From the NCBI GenBank assembly GCA_965261395.1, contig OZ253462.1, positions 6,144,001 through 6,208,000 of the forward strand: a DNA stretch of 64,000 nucleotides. Reading direction: 5' to 3'. How positions within the stretch are numbered: position 1 is the stretch's first letter; each line of letters starts with the position of its first letter. The notes below the pieces were generated by a model. It did no database searches, was not told where the DNA came from, and was given only the letters and a program-made list of their open reading frames with translations. The translations under genes and the position numbers were made by a program. Below, piece after piece: positions 39,891-49,619 of the stretch. Source of the DNA: Candidatus Latescibacterota bacterium. Lineage in GTDB: Bacteria; Latescibacterota; UBA2968; UBA8231.

Positions 39891-41249
39891 CTACTCAAAC
39901 GCCTTCTCCAACGCCTCTGGAAACACGTGAATCTGGCCTGCATACGCCTCGCGCAACTCGGCCAATAGCGCATCCATAGCCTCGGTTTCGGCCCGCATTC
40001 GCAGGGCTGTGCGAATGCTCTCCCTCAGAGAAGCAAAATCCGCGACCCGGCCATCAGCGAGGGTAAACTGGTCGAGGTGCTGGTCGTAAAAGGCCCGCAC
40101 AGCCGCGTCGCCGATTTCCCCGACCCGTTCGGCCTCGGCTTGGTAGAGCCGCTTGACCAACAGGGCGTCTCGTTCCTTTTCGACGTTGGCGCGGATATCC
40201 GCATCGTCGGCGATCCCCAGTTTGCGGGCTTCCGCTACCATGATCTGCTTGCCGGCGAGGTTATCCACGGCCTTGTACAGGCGCGCACTGTCGAGTTTGG
40301 CCGGGTGCGGCGCGCGGTCCTGCTCAACTAAGGCGAGGTACTCTCGCGCCACGAGTTGGCCTCCGCGCCAAGTGAGCAGCGGCGCGTCCCCTCCATCCCA
40401 CTGCGTCGATTGCCGCGGCACAGCGAGCAGCGCGGCAAAAACCTCCGCGTTCAGCGCCAACTGATACCGCTGGCGCAGGGCACCGACGTAGCGCTCCATA
40501 TCGTCGGCCCGGCTCTGCACGCGGGCCTTTTTTTCTACCCATTCGCGGGCCGCGGCAAAATCGACGGGGCGTCGTTCCCCAAGCCTGAAGACGTGGTAGC
40601 CACTCAAGGTCTGCACGGGGTCGGGATACACGCTGCCGATGGGCATGGTGCTGAGGGGCTCCTTTAGCCCCTCGTACACCTCGCCGACCTTGAACCAGCC
40701 GACCCAACCACCGGGGCCAAAGCGCTGTTGGATGTTCTGCAGAGAATAGAGCCGCACCAACGACTCAAAAGGCGTCCCTTCGCCAAGCAACTCGAGGACG
40801 AGCCGGGCCTCTTCTTCGGTAGCGCAGACGATGTGTTGGCTGAGTACTTCCACGTCGTACTGCTGTTGGGCAAAAAAAGCCCGCAGTTCCTCCTCCGTAA
40901 ACGAATACGACGCCTGCACAGCTTCCTGCTCGTAGAGCTTGTTCATCAGCGCCTTGCGCTCGCTCTTGGCCACGGCTTGGGCGATAGCCGAATCGCGGTC
41001 GTACCCGCGCCGGAGCCCCTCGGCAATGAGCAATTCCCGCGCAATGACGCCGTCGAGCAGTTCCTGCTTGCCCTGCTGATCTAGCTTCTCGACGTGGCTA
41101 TAGCCGGTCTCCCGCAGCTTTTGCGCCATGGCCTCGAACTGCCGCACCGAAATGGCCTTGTCGTCGATGCGCAGGACCGTCTCTTCCGCGCCTAGAGCCG
41201 CGCTGCCCAAGACGAGGAGCGCGAAGGTGCTAACTAGCGAGTATTTCAC
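39891..41249 (-). CDS. PpiC-type peptidyl-prolyl isomerase / SurA-like chaperone
   Basis: Signal peptide; HIVCATEEEA, GGWVGWF, PVQTLSGYHVFRL. Confidence 0.82.
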   Translation of the reverse strand: MKYSLVSTFALLVLGSAALGAEETVLRIDDKAISVRQFEAMAQKLRETGYSHVEKLDQQGKQELLDGVIARELLIAEGLRRGYDRDSAIAQAVAKSERKALMNKLYEQEAVQASYSFTEEELRAFFAQQQYDVEVLSQHIVCATEEEARLVLELLGEGTPFESLVRLYSLQNIQQRFGPGGWVGWFKVGEVYEGLKEPLSTMPIGSVYPDPVQTLSGYHVFRLGERRPVDFAAAREWVEKKARVQSRADDMERYVGALRQRYQLALNAEVFAALLAVPRQSTQWDGGDAPLLTWRGGQLVAREYLALVEQDRAPHPAKLDSARLYKAVDNLAGKQIMVAEARKLGIADDADIRANVEKERDALLVKRLYQAEAERVGEIGDAAVRAFYDQHLDQFTLADGRVADFASLRESIRTALRMRAETEAMDALLAELREAYAGQIHVFPEALEKAFE

Positions 41250-41384
41250 TGTCCCTACTTCCTTTTTTGGCTTGCCCCCGTCGTTGTAGCAGTCGTCGAA
41301 CACCGCGCCGTGGCTGACGCGCTCGATCAATAGCCCCGACCCGCTCTCGGCGAACGAGCCATCGCCCTAGTGGCTGAATCCGCA

Positions 41385-42572
41385 TCATCGGCCAAGCTGC
41401 GCGGCGATTTGCTCGGCGGCCACGAGGTTGCGGCGGAGCTTGGGATGGTCGGGCTGGTGGCGCAGGCCGTGGCGGAAAGAGGCGATGGCGCGGTCGTACT
41501 GCTTGCGCAACATCTGGATATTGCCCAAACCCAAGTGCGCGAGGGCGTACGTGGAATCGGCCTGCAATGCTTGGCGAAACCTCTGCTCGGCCGCATCCAG
41601 TTCCCCACGGCGGAAGTGGATGTTGCCGAGGTTGTGGTGCGCGGGCGCGAAAGCAGGGTCGCGGTCGAGTGCTTGGAGGTAGCGAATGCGCGCTTCTCGC
41701 TGCTGACCGCGCTGTCCGTACACAACGGCCAAGTCGTGGTAGGCCCCGGCGTCGTCTGGATGCGTCGCCAAGGTGTTTTTCAGCATGGCGATCCGGTCTT
41801 CCTCCTCGTCGAGCCGCTTGTACAGCGCGAGCTGGCGTCGCCCCGCTTCCTTCTGTCCAGAGCGCAGCAAGGCGTTGCCGAGGTTGAAGCGGGCTTGGGC
41901 AAACAGCGAATCTAGCTGCACGGCGCGGCGGAATTCGGCCGCGGCCGCGCCGTAGTCGCGCCGGAGGTAATAACTGCGCCCCAGGCCATTGCGAAATTGG
42001 GCCGAGGTCGTGTCCGCGGCTACGGCGCGACTAAAGGCTTGCTCAGCGGCCCCGTAGTCGTTTTGCTTGAGATAGGCTTCGCCGAGGTTGAACCACGCCT
42101 CCCCGTAGCTGGGCACGGCGGCAATGGCGCGCTGATAGGCGGCAATCGCGGCTGGATAGCGCCCCTCGCGGGCGTGCAGCAAGCCCAGCACCATGTGCGC
42201 CCGGGCGCGGTCGGGCTGCTCCCGCACCGTCTGTTCGAGCAAGGCCAAGGCATCGTCGTAGCGGTCGAGGCGCGTAAACAAAATGGCCAACTCGGTCCGC
42301 GTTTTGGCGTGGCTCGGCGCTAGCGCAATGGCCTGCTCGTACGCGCGGACAGCGGCGGGCAGGGCCTCGTTTTTCGCGTGGGCCTCGGCCAACTTGCGGT
42401 AGAGCACTGCCGATTTTGCGTTCTGGTCAACGGCGCGCTGATAGTGGGTGGCGGCTTCTCCGTAGTGGCCGGCGCGCATTGAGCGGTCGCCGTGTACTTC
42501 GTGCGCCGGCTCGGAGGCTTCCCCACAGCCGGCAATCGCCAGCAGGAGCAGAAAGGGTCTGTACCAAAGCAT
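41385..42572 (-). CDS. tetratricopeptide-repeat lipoprotein
   Basis: Lipobox IAGC; about ten TPR units (AWFNLGEAY, ARFNLGNAL, AHHNLGNI). Confidence 0.88.
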   Translation of the reverse strand: MLWYRPFLLLLAIAGCGEASEPAHEVHGDRSMRAGHYGEAATHYQRAVDQNAKSAVLYRKLAEAHAKNEALPAAVRAYEQAIALAPSHAKTRTELAILFTRLDRYDDALALLEQTVREQPDRARAHMVLGLLHAREGRYPAAIAAYQRAIAAVPSYGEAWFNLGEAYLKQNDYGAAEQAFSRAVAADTTSAQFRNGLGRSYYLRRDYGAAAAEFRRAVQLDSLFAQARFNLGNALLRSGQKEAGRRQLALYKRLDEEEDRIAMLKNTLATHPDDAGAYHDLAVVYGQRGQQREARIRYLQALDRDPAFAPAHHNLGNIHFRRGELDAAEQRFRQALQADSTYALAHLGLGNIQMLRKQYDRAIASFRHGLRHQPDHPKLRRNLVAAEQIAAQLGR

Positions 42573-42623
42573 ATAAAAAGTATAGACCGGGCCAATAATA
42601 CCGACAAACGCAAAGGACGACCC

Positions 42624-43913
42624 ATGAAACGCAGAGCATTCTTCAAGGGAGTTGCCGCAGCCGCAGCCGCAGCCCCGCTCCTTCCCGACGTGGTAGAAGG
42701 GCTTGCCGAGCGGCTCGGCACCCTCGGCAGAGACGTAGCCTCCGCTAGCAGCGAGCGCGCGCTGTGGCAGCGGCTGCGCCGAGAGTTTCGCCTGCACCCG
42801 GGCTTAGTGCATCTCAACTGCGGCAGTATTGGTGCGACGCCCCGCGTGGTGACCGACGCCCTGACCGCGTACCTCGCCGAGCTAGAAGGCAATCCGCTGG
42901 CCAATACCTGGGGCGGCCTCGGCAGCGAGATGGAACAGGTGCGGGCCAAGGGGGCGGAGTTCATTGGGGGCGAGCTAGACGAGGTCGTGCTGACGCGCAA
43001 CACGACCGAGGGCATGAACCACGTAGCCAGCGGCCTCGACCTCCAGCCGGGCGACGAGGTGCTGACGACAAATCACGAGCACGGCGGCGGCATGGTCTGC
43101 TGGCAGCACCTAGCGCGAACTCGCGGTGTCGTGGTTCGCTGCATCAAAATGCCCAATCCCGTGCGCGATGCCGCCCAGATCCTGCAACTAGTGGAGGATC
43201 ACCTGACGCCGCGCACCCGCGTGTGCAGCTTCTGTCACATCGACACCATCACCGGGCTGCAAATGCCGCTGGCGGCCATCGCCGCCCTCACCCGGCCCCG
43301 CGACATCCTGCTAGTCTGCGACGGAGCGCAGGCCCCGGGCATGATCGACGTCGACGTCAAAGCGCTCGGCGTCGATACCTATGCTTCCAGCAGCCACAAG
43401 TGGATGCTTGCGCCCAAGGGCACGGGACTGCTCTATATCCGCAAGGAAGTGCAAGATCGCGTCCGGCCCGTGTTCACGTATTCCGGTTACAGCGCCTATT
43501 CGGCCTCGTCCGGCACCCGCAACGTACCGCAGATCGTCGCGCACGGGGTAGCGATGGAATTCCACAACACCATTGGCCGTCCGCTCGTCGAAGCGCGCTG
43601 CCGCCAGCTCTGCGCCTACGCGCGCCAGCGCCTAGCAGAAATCCCCCAGCTCGTACCTCTCACCCCGCCCCAGCGCGAGCTGTCCTCGGGCATCGCCAGT
43701 TTCTCGCTCACCAGCGGCAGCCACAGCGAAGTCGTCGCCGCGCTGCAAAAGCGTGACATCTTCCTCAAACCAGCCCAGGGCACGTACGCCTACGTGGAGG
43801 ACGCTGGCGTGCCAAAGGAAAACTACAACGCCATCCGCATCTCCACGCACATCTTCAACGACGAGACCGACATCGACCGCGCCGTCGAGGCGTTGCAGCA
43901 AGTCCTCGGCTGA
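42624..43913 (+). CDS. class V PLP-dependent aminotransferase (isopenicillin N epimerase-like) with Tat signal
   Basis: MKRRAFFK; RNTTEG, DGAQAPG, SSHKWMLAPKG. Confidence 0.88.
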   Translation: MKRRAFFKGVAAAAAAAPLLPDVVEGLAERLGTLGRDVASASSERALWQRLRREFRLHPGLVHLNCGSIGATPRVVTDALTAYLAELEGNPLANTWGGLGSEMEQVRAKGAEFIGGELDEVVLTRNTTEGMNHVASGLDLQPGDEVLTTNHEHGGGMVCWQHLARTRGVVVRCIKMPNPVRDAAQILQLVEDHLTPRTRVCSFCHIDTITGLQMPLAAIAALTRPRDILLVCDGAQAPGMIDVDVKALGVDTYASSSHKWMLAPKGTGLLYIRKEVQDRVRPVFTYSGYSAYSASSGTRNVPQIVAHGVAMEFHNTIGRPLVEARCRQLCAYARQRLAEIPQLVPLTPPQRELSSGIASFSLTSGSHSEVVAALQKRDIFLKPAQGTYAYVEDAGVPKENYNAIRISTHIFNDETDIDRAVEALQQVLG

Positions 43914-43945
43914 TTATGACCTACCCCTCCTTGACCTTCCTTCCT

Positions 43946-43975
43946 CGTAGGGGCGACCGGCCGGTCGCCCCTACG
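43946..43975. repeat. GTAG-type REP palindrome
   Basis: CGTAGGGGCGACCGGCCGGTCGCCCCTACG downstream of a stop codon. Confidence 0.8.
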
Positions 43976-44064
43976 TCTTTGAACGAAATTGCGGCCTCAT
44001 CCGTATAAATAAATAGATATGAACAATATCAGGGCCGCAGGCTAAAACTCGTCTGGATTCCCCG

Positions 44065-44595
44065 ATGGGCTGGAGCGACGAAGCATTGATGGAAAATCTC
44101 CGCCAAGGAGATATGCAGGCGTTTGACGAACTCTACACGCGCCATCGCCAGCCCCTTTTCAATTTTATCTTTCGGCTCTTGCAGGACGCGGCCTTGGCAG
44201 AAGATGTGTTTCAGGAGACTTACATGCGCGTATTGGAAAACGCCGACCGCTTCAACCCTCGGGGCAAATTTTCAACCTGGCTCTATACCGTGGCCCACAA
44301 CCTGTGTATGGACGAACTGCGCCGCCAAAGCATGAGCATTCCTGCCGAGCAAATGGCCATGCCGCCACCGGCTCGCGGCCCCCACGACCATTTGCTCAAA
44401 CGAGAAGACGAAGAAGCCGCACACCAACTGCTCGCGGCCCTGCAACCCCACTTGCGCGCCGTCGTCGTCCTCCGCGTCCTGCACGATTACTCGCAGGAAG
44501 AGACCGCGAAGATTGTCGGGGTACCCGTCGGAACCGTCAAAAGCCGTTTGCACCACGCCCTAAAACAACTGCGCCAACTGGCACCGGACCCATGA
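44065..44595 (+). CDS. ECF RNA polymerase sigma factor
   Basis: AEDVFQETY, FSTWLYTVAHN, GTVKSRLH. Confidence 0.93.
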   Translation: MGWSDEALMENLRQGDMQAFDELYTRHRQPLFNFIFRLLQDAALAEDVFQETYMRVLENADRFNPRGKFSTWLYTVAHNLCMDELRRQSMSIPAEQMAMPPPARGPHDHLLKREDEEAAHQLLAALQPHLRAVVVLRVLHDYSQEETAKIVGVPVGTVKSRLHHALKQLRQLAPDP

Positions 44596-44942
44596 ACCAA
44601 GACCACCGCACCATACAAGAGATTCAAGCGCTATTGGGCTCTGTACCCGAAGTGCAGGTGCCGCCTAGACTGGACGAGGAAGTGCGGTCTAAAGCCGTGA
44701 GTTGGGCCAGAAAAAGGCGGGCCGAAAAAGCGAGGATTCACATCCCGCTTTACGGCAAGATCGCCTTGGGGCTAGTCGCCTTGGAATTGTTCGCCCTGCT
44801 CTACGCCGTAGGCCCAAGGCTCGACATAGACCAGATCATAAGGGCCTCTGTCATCGGCTTAGTCGGCTTGAACGTCGTCTCGCTATTGACGAGCCCGATT
44901 ATTCTTTTACACCGCCAAAGAAGGAAGCTATCCCATGAATGA
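44592..44942 (+). CDS. putative membrane anti-sigma factor
   Basis: ATGA-coupled to the sigma gene; short soluble N-terminus plus two TM helices. Confidence 0.6.
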   Translation: MNQDHRTIQEIQALLGSVPEVQVPPRLDEEVRSKAVSWARKRRAEKARIHIPLYGKIALGLVALELFALLYAVGPRLDIDQIIRASVIGLVGLNVVSLLTSPIILLHRQRRKLSHE

Positions 44943-45846
44943 ACGCCTGAAAGATACTCTGCATAGATGGCTGCCTAAGCTAGCCATCTTGAGTGTGCTG
45001 GTTCTTCTCACATCTTTCCTGATCAACGAATACTACGTGGCTCCAAGGTACGACGCCGCTGCAAAAGAGGATCGCGACAAACGGCACCATCACGTTCAGG
45101 AATACAAGCAGAAAGAGGAGGCAAAGGCAGTCGAGCTCAAAGCCGCCCTAGAGCGGATCGTGGGCCTCATAGATACACTCGACGGTAACGTGCAGACTCA
45201 AGAGGCTTTGAGCGAAGCAGTAGCTCAAGAAGAAGCCATCGGCGAGGTATGGGTGACCAATGCCCAGGGCCTCATTGTGTATTACGGCCGGCATATCCCC
45301 CCGGTGCGCAATGTCGCAGATTTTCCCCTTGGGTCCCTGACTAAGATATTGAATATGGTCCCCGAAGATGTGATTTCACCCATACAGCGGACCGCTATCC
45401 TATTGCCTACGATAATCGGGGGTCATTGGTATAGGGTCTCGCCTTCATTTTCCTCTTTAAGTGTCGGCATCGACACAATCCCAAAGCACCTAATCATTTT
45501 TACGGAAGAACCCTTTACAATATACGGCGGTGAGCTTGTAGAAATGAACCGCGTCAAGGATGGCTTAATCGCCGCGACGGTCTCGCGGCCGCAGTATAAC
45601 CCTCCGCTTCAGGAGAGAAGCGAGGAAAGCGAAAGGCTCAGTCTTTTGCGCAATACGACCGGAATTGCGGCCCTAGCCGGCTTTATCCTCTTCTGGCTCT
45701 TCATCCCTGCGTGGATCGCCTTAGACGCCCAAAAAAGACGGGAGAAAGCCGCAGTTTGGGGCCTATTCGGGCTCTTGGGCAATATGATCGCCTTGGTCGT
45801 CTACTTGCTAGTGCGCGAAAATGGGAAACCGTCTGAAAATCCCTAG
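44935..45846 (+). CDS. membrane protein of unknown function
   Basis: N-terminal TM, periplasmic domain, C-terminal WIALDAQKR..W..FGLLG TM pair. Confidence 0.65.
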   Translation: MNERLKDTLHRWLPKLAILSVLVLLTSFLINEYYVAPRYDAAAKEDRDKRHHHVQEYKQKEEAKAVELKAALERIVGLIDTLDGNVQTQEALSEAVAQEEAIGEVWVTNAQGLIVYYGRHIPPVRNVADFPLGSLTKILNMVPEDVISPIQRTAILLPTIIGGHWYRVSPSFSSLSVGIDTIPKHLIIFTEEPFTIYGGELVEMNRVKDGLIAATVSRPQYNPPLQERSEESERLSLLRNTTGIAALAGFILFWLFIPAWIALDAQKRREKAAVWGLFGLLGNMIALVVYLLVRENGKPSENP

Positions 45847-45910
45847 CGAGCCAACGCGGCAGTTACCGGGGATTTGTCACGCCTAAAGGCGCGGTGAAAC
45901 AGACGGCTTT
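45825..45910. mobile_element. possible ~86-bp miniature IS5 derivative
   Basis: Ends GAAACCGTCTGAAAATCC and CAGACGGCTTT resemble the IRs of the IS at 2729-3658. Confidence 0.45.
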
Positions 45911-45916
45911 TAAGCC

Positions 45917-46915
45917 TCAGCGCCGATTGCCGCCCTCGGGTCCGATCTCGCCCGTACCCACCCCAACGCCCGTGAGCACCTCGCTGTAGCCGGGATAAGT
46001 GACGGCGTATTGGAAGCCCTCGTTGGTGCCAGCCGCGCCAAAACGGCCCTGCTTGTCGAGCGCGACGAAGTTGAGGTGCAACTCCTCGACCGGACGCGGG
46101 TCGAGCGCGACGATGCGGCGGATGGTCTCGACGCAGGCTTCCTCCGGGTGCAGCCCCTGGCGCATGTACTCGACCGCGAGGAAAGTGGCGCAGTAGCGCA
46201 TGACATTTTCGCCCAAACCAGTGGCCCCGGCCGCGCCCACGCCCCCAGCGACGTACAAGCCGCTGCCGATGATCGGCGAATCGCCGACGCGGCCCGGTAG
46301 CTTGTAGCCCCAGCCGCTGGTCGAACAGCCGCCAGCGAGCCGCCCCTCACCGTCGAGGCCAAGCAAGGCGATGGTGTCGTGATTGTCGGCCGCGCCCTGC
46401 TTCTCCCGCCATTCCTCCCACGCCTTGCGCCTTTCTTCCGTCAACAACTCGACGCTGGCAAAACCCTGCTCCAGCGCAAACTGCCGCGCGCCTGCGCCAA
46501 CGAGCATGACGTGCTTGGTCTCGTCCATCACCCGGCGTGCCACCGAGATCGGGTGCAGGATTCCCTCAATGGCGGCGACGCTGCCAGCGCGTTGCCCCTC
46601 TCCGTCCATGATACAGGCGTCTAGCTGCACCACGCCCCGAGCGTTGGGTATGCCCCCCAATCCTACGGATGGGTTGGAGGCGTCGGCCTCGGCCACGTGG
46701 ATGCCGCGCTCGACTGCGTCGAGGACCGAGCCGCCCTGTTCGGCGGTCCGCAGTGATTGTTCGTTGGCGGCTTTGCCAAAGGGCCACGTAGAAATAAAGA
46801 GGGGGCGAGCAGTGTTCATGGGAATGTCCTTTTCCGCGCGCGCCGTTCCGGCGAGGGCCAGGCCGCCGGCGGCTAGCGCGGTCTCGCGCATGAAACGGCG
46901 GCGACTCAGCGGCAT
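45917..46915 (-). CDS. N4-(beta-N-acetylglucosaminyl)-L-asparaginase (Ntn hydrolase), Tat signal
   Basis: SRRRFM; VQLDACIMD, NHDTI autocleavage site, STSG, PGRVGDSPIIG. Confidence 0.93.
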   Translation of the reverse strand: MPLSRRRFMRETALAAGGLALAGTARAEKDIPMNTARPLFISTWPFGKAANEQSLRTAEQGGSVLDAVERGIHVAEADASNPSVGLGGIPNARGVVQLDACIMDGEGQRAGSVAAIEGILHPISVARRVMDETKHVMLVGAGARQFALEQGFASVELLTEERRKAWEEWREKQGAADNHDTIALLGLDGEGRLAGGCSTSGWGYKLPGRVGDSPIIGSGLYVAGGVGAAGATGLGENVMRYCATFLAVEYMRQGLHPEEACVETIRRIVALDPRPVEELHLNFVALDKQGRFGAAGTNEGFQYAVTYPGYSEVLTGVGVGTGEIGPEGGNRR

Positions 46916-46918
46916 GGC

Positions 46919-47425
46919 CTAATCCTCGTCGGCACCGTTATGGTGGCCATCGCCATCCTCGTCGGCACCGTCATGGTGGCCATCGCCATCCTCGTCCTCG
47001 TCATCGTCGTCCTTATAGGCGATGGCGGCGATCTCAACGCGAAAGTCAAAGACGATCTGCGCCCCGCCGGTGCAGGCCCGCGCCGGGAACTGCTCTTTAA
47101 AGTAGGAAGCGTATGCCTTGTTCATCTCGTGGTAATCTTCAATGTCCGAGAGCCAGACGGTGACGTTGACCAAGTCGTCGTACGCATACCCGTGTTCCTC
47201 AAGTATCCGCCCGATGTTTTCCATGATCTGATGAGTCTCGGCCGCGACCGACTCCTTGACGTCGGCACCGTCGGCCGTGCGGGCGATCTGGCCGCTGATG
47301 AAGAGGAAGTCGTCGGCTTGGCGGGCCGAGCTGAAGGGCAGGGTCTTGAGGGGCACGGCCTCTTGGGCAAGGGCTGGCGAGACGGCGAGCGCAAACGCGA
47401 ACGCGGCGCGGATACAGCTTTTCAT
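46919..47425 (-). CDS. RidA/YjgF family protein with signal peptide and acidic His-rich tail
   Basis: PFSSA, FISGQ, MNKAY, FPAR, VEIAAIA; 33-bp tandem repeat encoding DEDGDGHHxGA. Confidence 0.88.
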   Translation of the reverse strand: MKSCIRAAFAFALAVSPALAQEAVPLKTLPFSSARQADDFLFISGQIARTADGADVKESVAAETHQIMENIGRILEEHGYAYDDLVNVTVWLSDIEDYHEMNKAYASYFKEQFPARACTGGAQIVFDFRVEIAAIAYKDDDDEDEDGDGHHDGADEDGDGHHNGADED

Positions 47426-47641
47426 AAGGCATCTCCTGGTTCGAGTTAGACCCGTTAATAAGCTCAATAGGACATGCGGCGACAACCGGCGCTGGCCGCC
47501 GATGTGGGCCGGGCCAGTGTTCTTTCTATTTTATTGAAATAATGCCGTTACTGTATTTTATTGACAGAGAAATGGTCTGCACTTATTTTTTATGCTGCAC
47601 AGAATTTTACTGCTATAACCCCGATTAAGGAGATTCCAATT

Positions 47642-47845
47642 ATGACTGAACTGACCTCCCACGACCACGGTGAGCGCATCGGCCGCCTCGAAGGCATCAT
47701 CGAGCAAATTAACGAGCGCCTCGGCGGCATAACCCGTCACCTCGACAGCCTAGAAATCAACCACCGCCGAGACTTTCGCTGGCTCATCGGCCTTCAGTTG
47801 GCTACTTGGGGCACGATAGTGGGTTTGAAACTATTTGGTGGATAG
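47642..47845 (+). CDS. small coiled-coil protein with C-terminal TM segment
   Basis: AAGGAG RBS; ERIGRLEGIIEQINERL...FRWLIGL. Confidence 0.6.
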   Translation: MTELTSHDHGERIGRLEGIIEQINERLGGITRHLDSLEINHRRDFRWLIGLQLATWGTIVGLKLFGG

Positions 47846-47857
47846 CCGCCACATCAT

Positions 47858-48451
47858 TTGAAACCTGTCGATTGCAAGTTGTTAAAGACGCTTAAAGATA
47901 TAGCCCGCGTCCAGATGGGCCTTTCCTTTCGTTCCCGCATTGAGCCGGAAGCTGATGGGACTATTGCAGTCATTCAGATGCGCGACCTGACCGAGGATAA
48001 TAAATTGAGCCACCGCAATCTGATTACTACTAAAATGAATGATCTCAGCGACCGCCATTTGGTAAAACGCAAAGATTTGATCTTCCGCTCCAGAGGGCAG
48101 ACCACTACGGCGGCAATTATTGATACGGAAATAGGTCCGGCGGTTGTCGCGGCCCCCCTATTGAGAGTCCGAGTTACGAACAAACACGTCCTCCCGGAAT
48201 ATCTCTGCTGGTTCGTCAACCAAGCGTCAGCGCAGGCGTTTTTGCACAGCAGGGCTACCGGGACGGCGATGACGATGATCGGCAAGTCCGCCCTCGATGC
48301 TTTAGAAGTTCTCCTGCCCTCCCTCGAAACTCAGGGGCAAATCGTCGCCCTAGCCGATTTATCGAATAAGGAGCAGAGGCTGATGAAAGAGTTGGCGGAG
48401 AAAAAGGAAAAACTAGTCAACGGGATTCAGATGCGATTGGCAACTAATTGA
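47858..48451 (+). CDS. half-size type I R-M specificity-subunit-like protein
   Basis: LKDIARVQMG, DLIFRSRG, VLPEYLCWFVN, LPSLETQGQIV; single TRD. Confidence 0.8.
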   Translation: MKPVDCKLLKTLKDIARVQMGLSFRSRIEPEADGTIAVIQMRDLTEDNKLSHRNLITTKMNDLSDRHLVKRKDLIFRSRGQTTTAAIIDTEIGPAVVAAPLLRVRVTNKHVLPEYLCWFVNQASAQAFLHSRATGTAMTMIGKSALDALEVLLPSLETQGQIVALADLSNKEQRLMKELAEKKEKLVNGIQMRLATN

Positions 48452-48692
48452 CCCTAACAGCACGATAGGCAACTCACAATGATTGATGATTCCGAGACCA
48501 ATAGGGCCCGAGGCACCCGAAGTGATATTCCTACTGAAGCGTAGGCAATAGTCTTTTTTCGCAGCCACCTGCTATGGAATCCACTTCAGGTAACAGCGCG
48601 GTGTTGCACTGTGACGCAGGTGGCACTTTGACCTTCGGCAACCCGTTTCGCGGGTTTGCGAACCGGAAAACATTAGACGAGAGGCAATAGAC

Positions 48693-48781
48693 TACCCCGC
48701 CGCAAGCAGCGGGGTATTAGCGGGAACTACTTGACGGCCTACGCCGCAAGCGGCGGGGTATTAGACCCGAATGAGAATAAA
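48693..48781. repeat. double palindromic repeat element
   Basis: TACCCCGCCGCAAGCAGCGGGGTA hairpin plus second copy CGCCGCAAGCGGCGGGGTATTAG, ending GAGAATAAA. Confidence 0.7.
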
Positions 48782-48796
48782 AATAGCCCTCTATAG

Positions 48797-49579
48797 GTGA
48801 ATGAGTTGGAAATTCTACGTATCTGTATATTCTGCAAGCTGGGTCCCGATAGGACGTCTTTCAATAAAAGAGCACATATAATTCCGCGTTTTTTAGGATC
48901 AGATGTAGTATTGCAGAACGCTTATGAGTGTGCCCAGTGTAATGCATCATTTGGCAAAAACATAGAAGCACTCGTATCCGAGGAAGAATTCGGTTTTTTC
49001 AGAGCGTTTCTAAACATACCGAGAATCGATTCTAAAGGGCGGACTAAACTAGCACCTAACTATGGAGATGATGGTCTAATGGTAAGACCGACCGACCGAA
49101 ACAACCTTCATTCAGGAAATCCTGATTTCATCATTAAAGTTGTAGAAGGTGCCAATTCTAAAATAAAATTCGACTTTGATCCTCTAGAAAGAGAGCTTCA
49201 TTTCTCTTGGCAACGCCGCAATGTATGCCATCTAGTTAGCCGTCTTCTTTCAAAAATGCTCATAGAAGCTACTGCGGAGTTCCATGGAGCTCGAGATGTT
49301 TTCTTACCGGTATTTGAACCCCATCGGAATAACGCATTAGGTAAGGTCGGTTCACGTAATGAATTCATCCCATATTCAGTACAGTTTATTCCAGGTGGCA
49401 TAAGTGGAGCTTTTATAGTTCTTATGCCACCCCCCTCACTGGCGCTCGGATTCTTTGCAGGTGTGACAGCTTATTTCATGCCCTTACATCTCAATGGGGC
49501 TGGTTATCTGGAAAGGTATAGATTCAAACGAGTACAACCTAGCAATGTACCCTCCAAAATTCAGCAGCATATTGCATAA
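48797..49579 (+). CDS. HNH endonuclease (zinc-binding)
   Basis: CIFC...AHIIPRFLG...CAQCNASFG; low GC. Confidence 0.8.
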   Translation: MNELEILRICIFCKLGPDRTSFNKRAHIIPRFLGSDVVLQNAYECAQCNASFGKNIEALVSEEEFGFFRAFLNIPRIDSKGRTKLAPNYGDDGLMVRPTDRNNLHSGNPDFIIKVVEGANSKIKFDFDPLERELHFSWQRRNVCHLVSRLLSKMLIEATAEFHGARDVFLPVFEPHRNNALGKVGSRNEFIPYSVQFIPGGISGAFIVLMPPPSLALGFFAGVTAYFMPLHLNGAGYLERYRFKRVQPSNVPSKIQQHIA

Positions 49580-49619
49580 AACTCATAGATACGAATGGTA
49601 AAAAGGTGCATCATATCTT

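Noticed and set aside
48600-48670. c-di-GMP-I riboswitch on the minus strand (GCAAACCCGCGAAACGGG)
   Set aside because: The following GACGCAAAG element and P2 pattern are missing, and no suitably oriented downstream gene exists; kept only as an unassigned structure.
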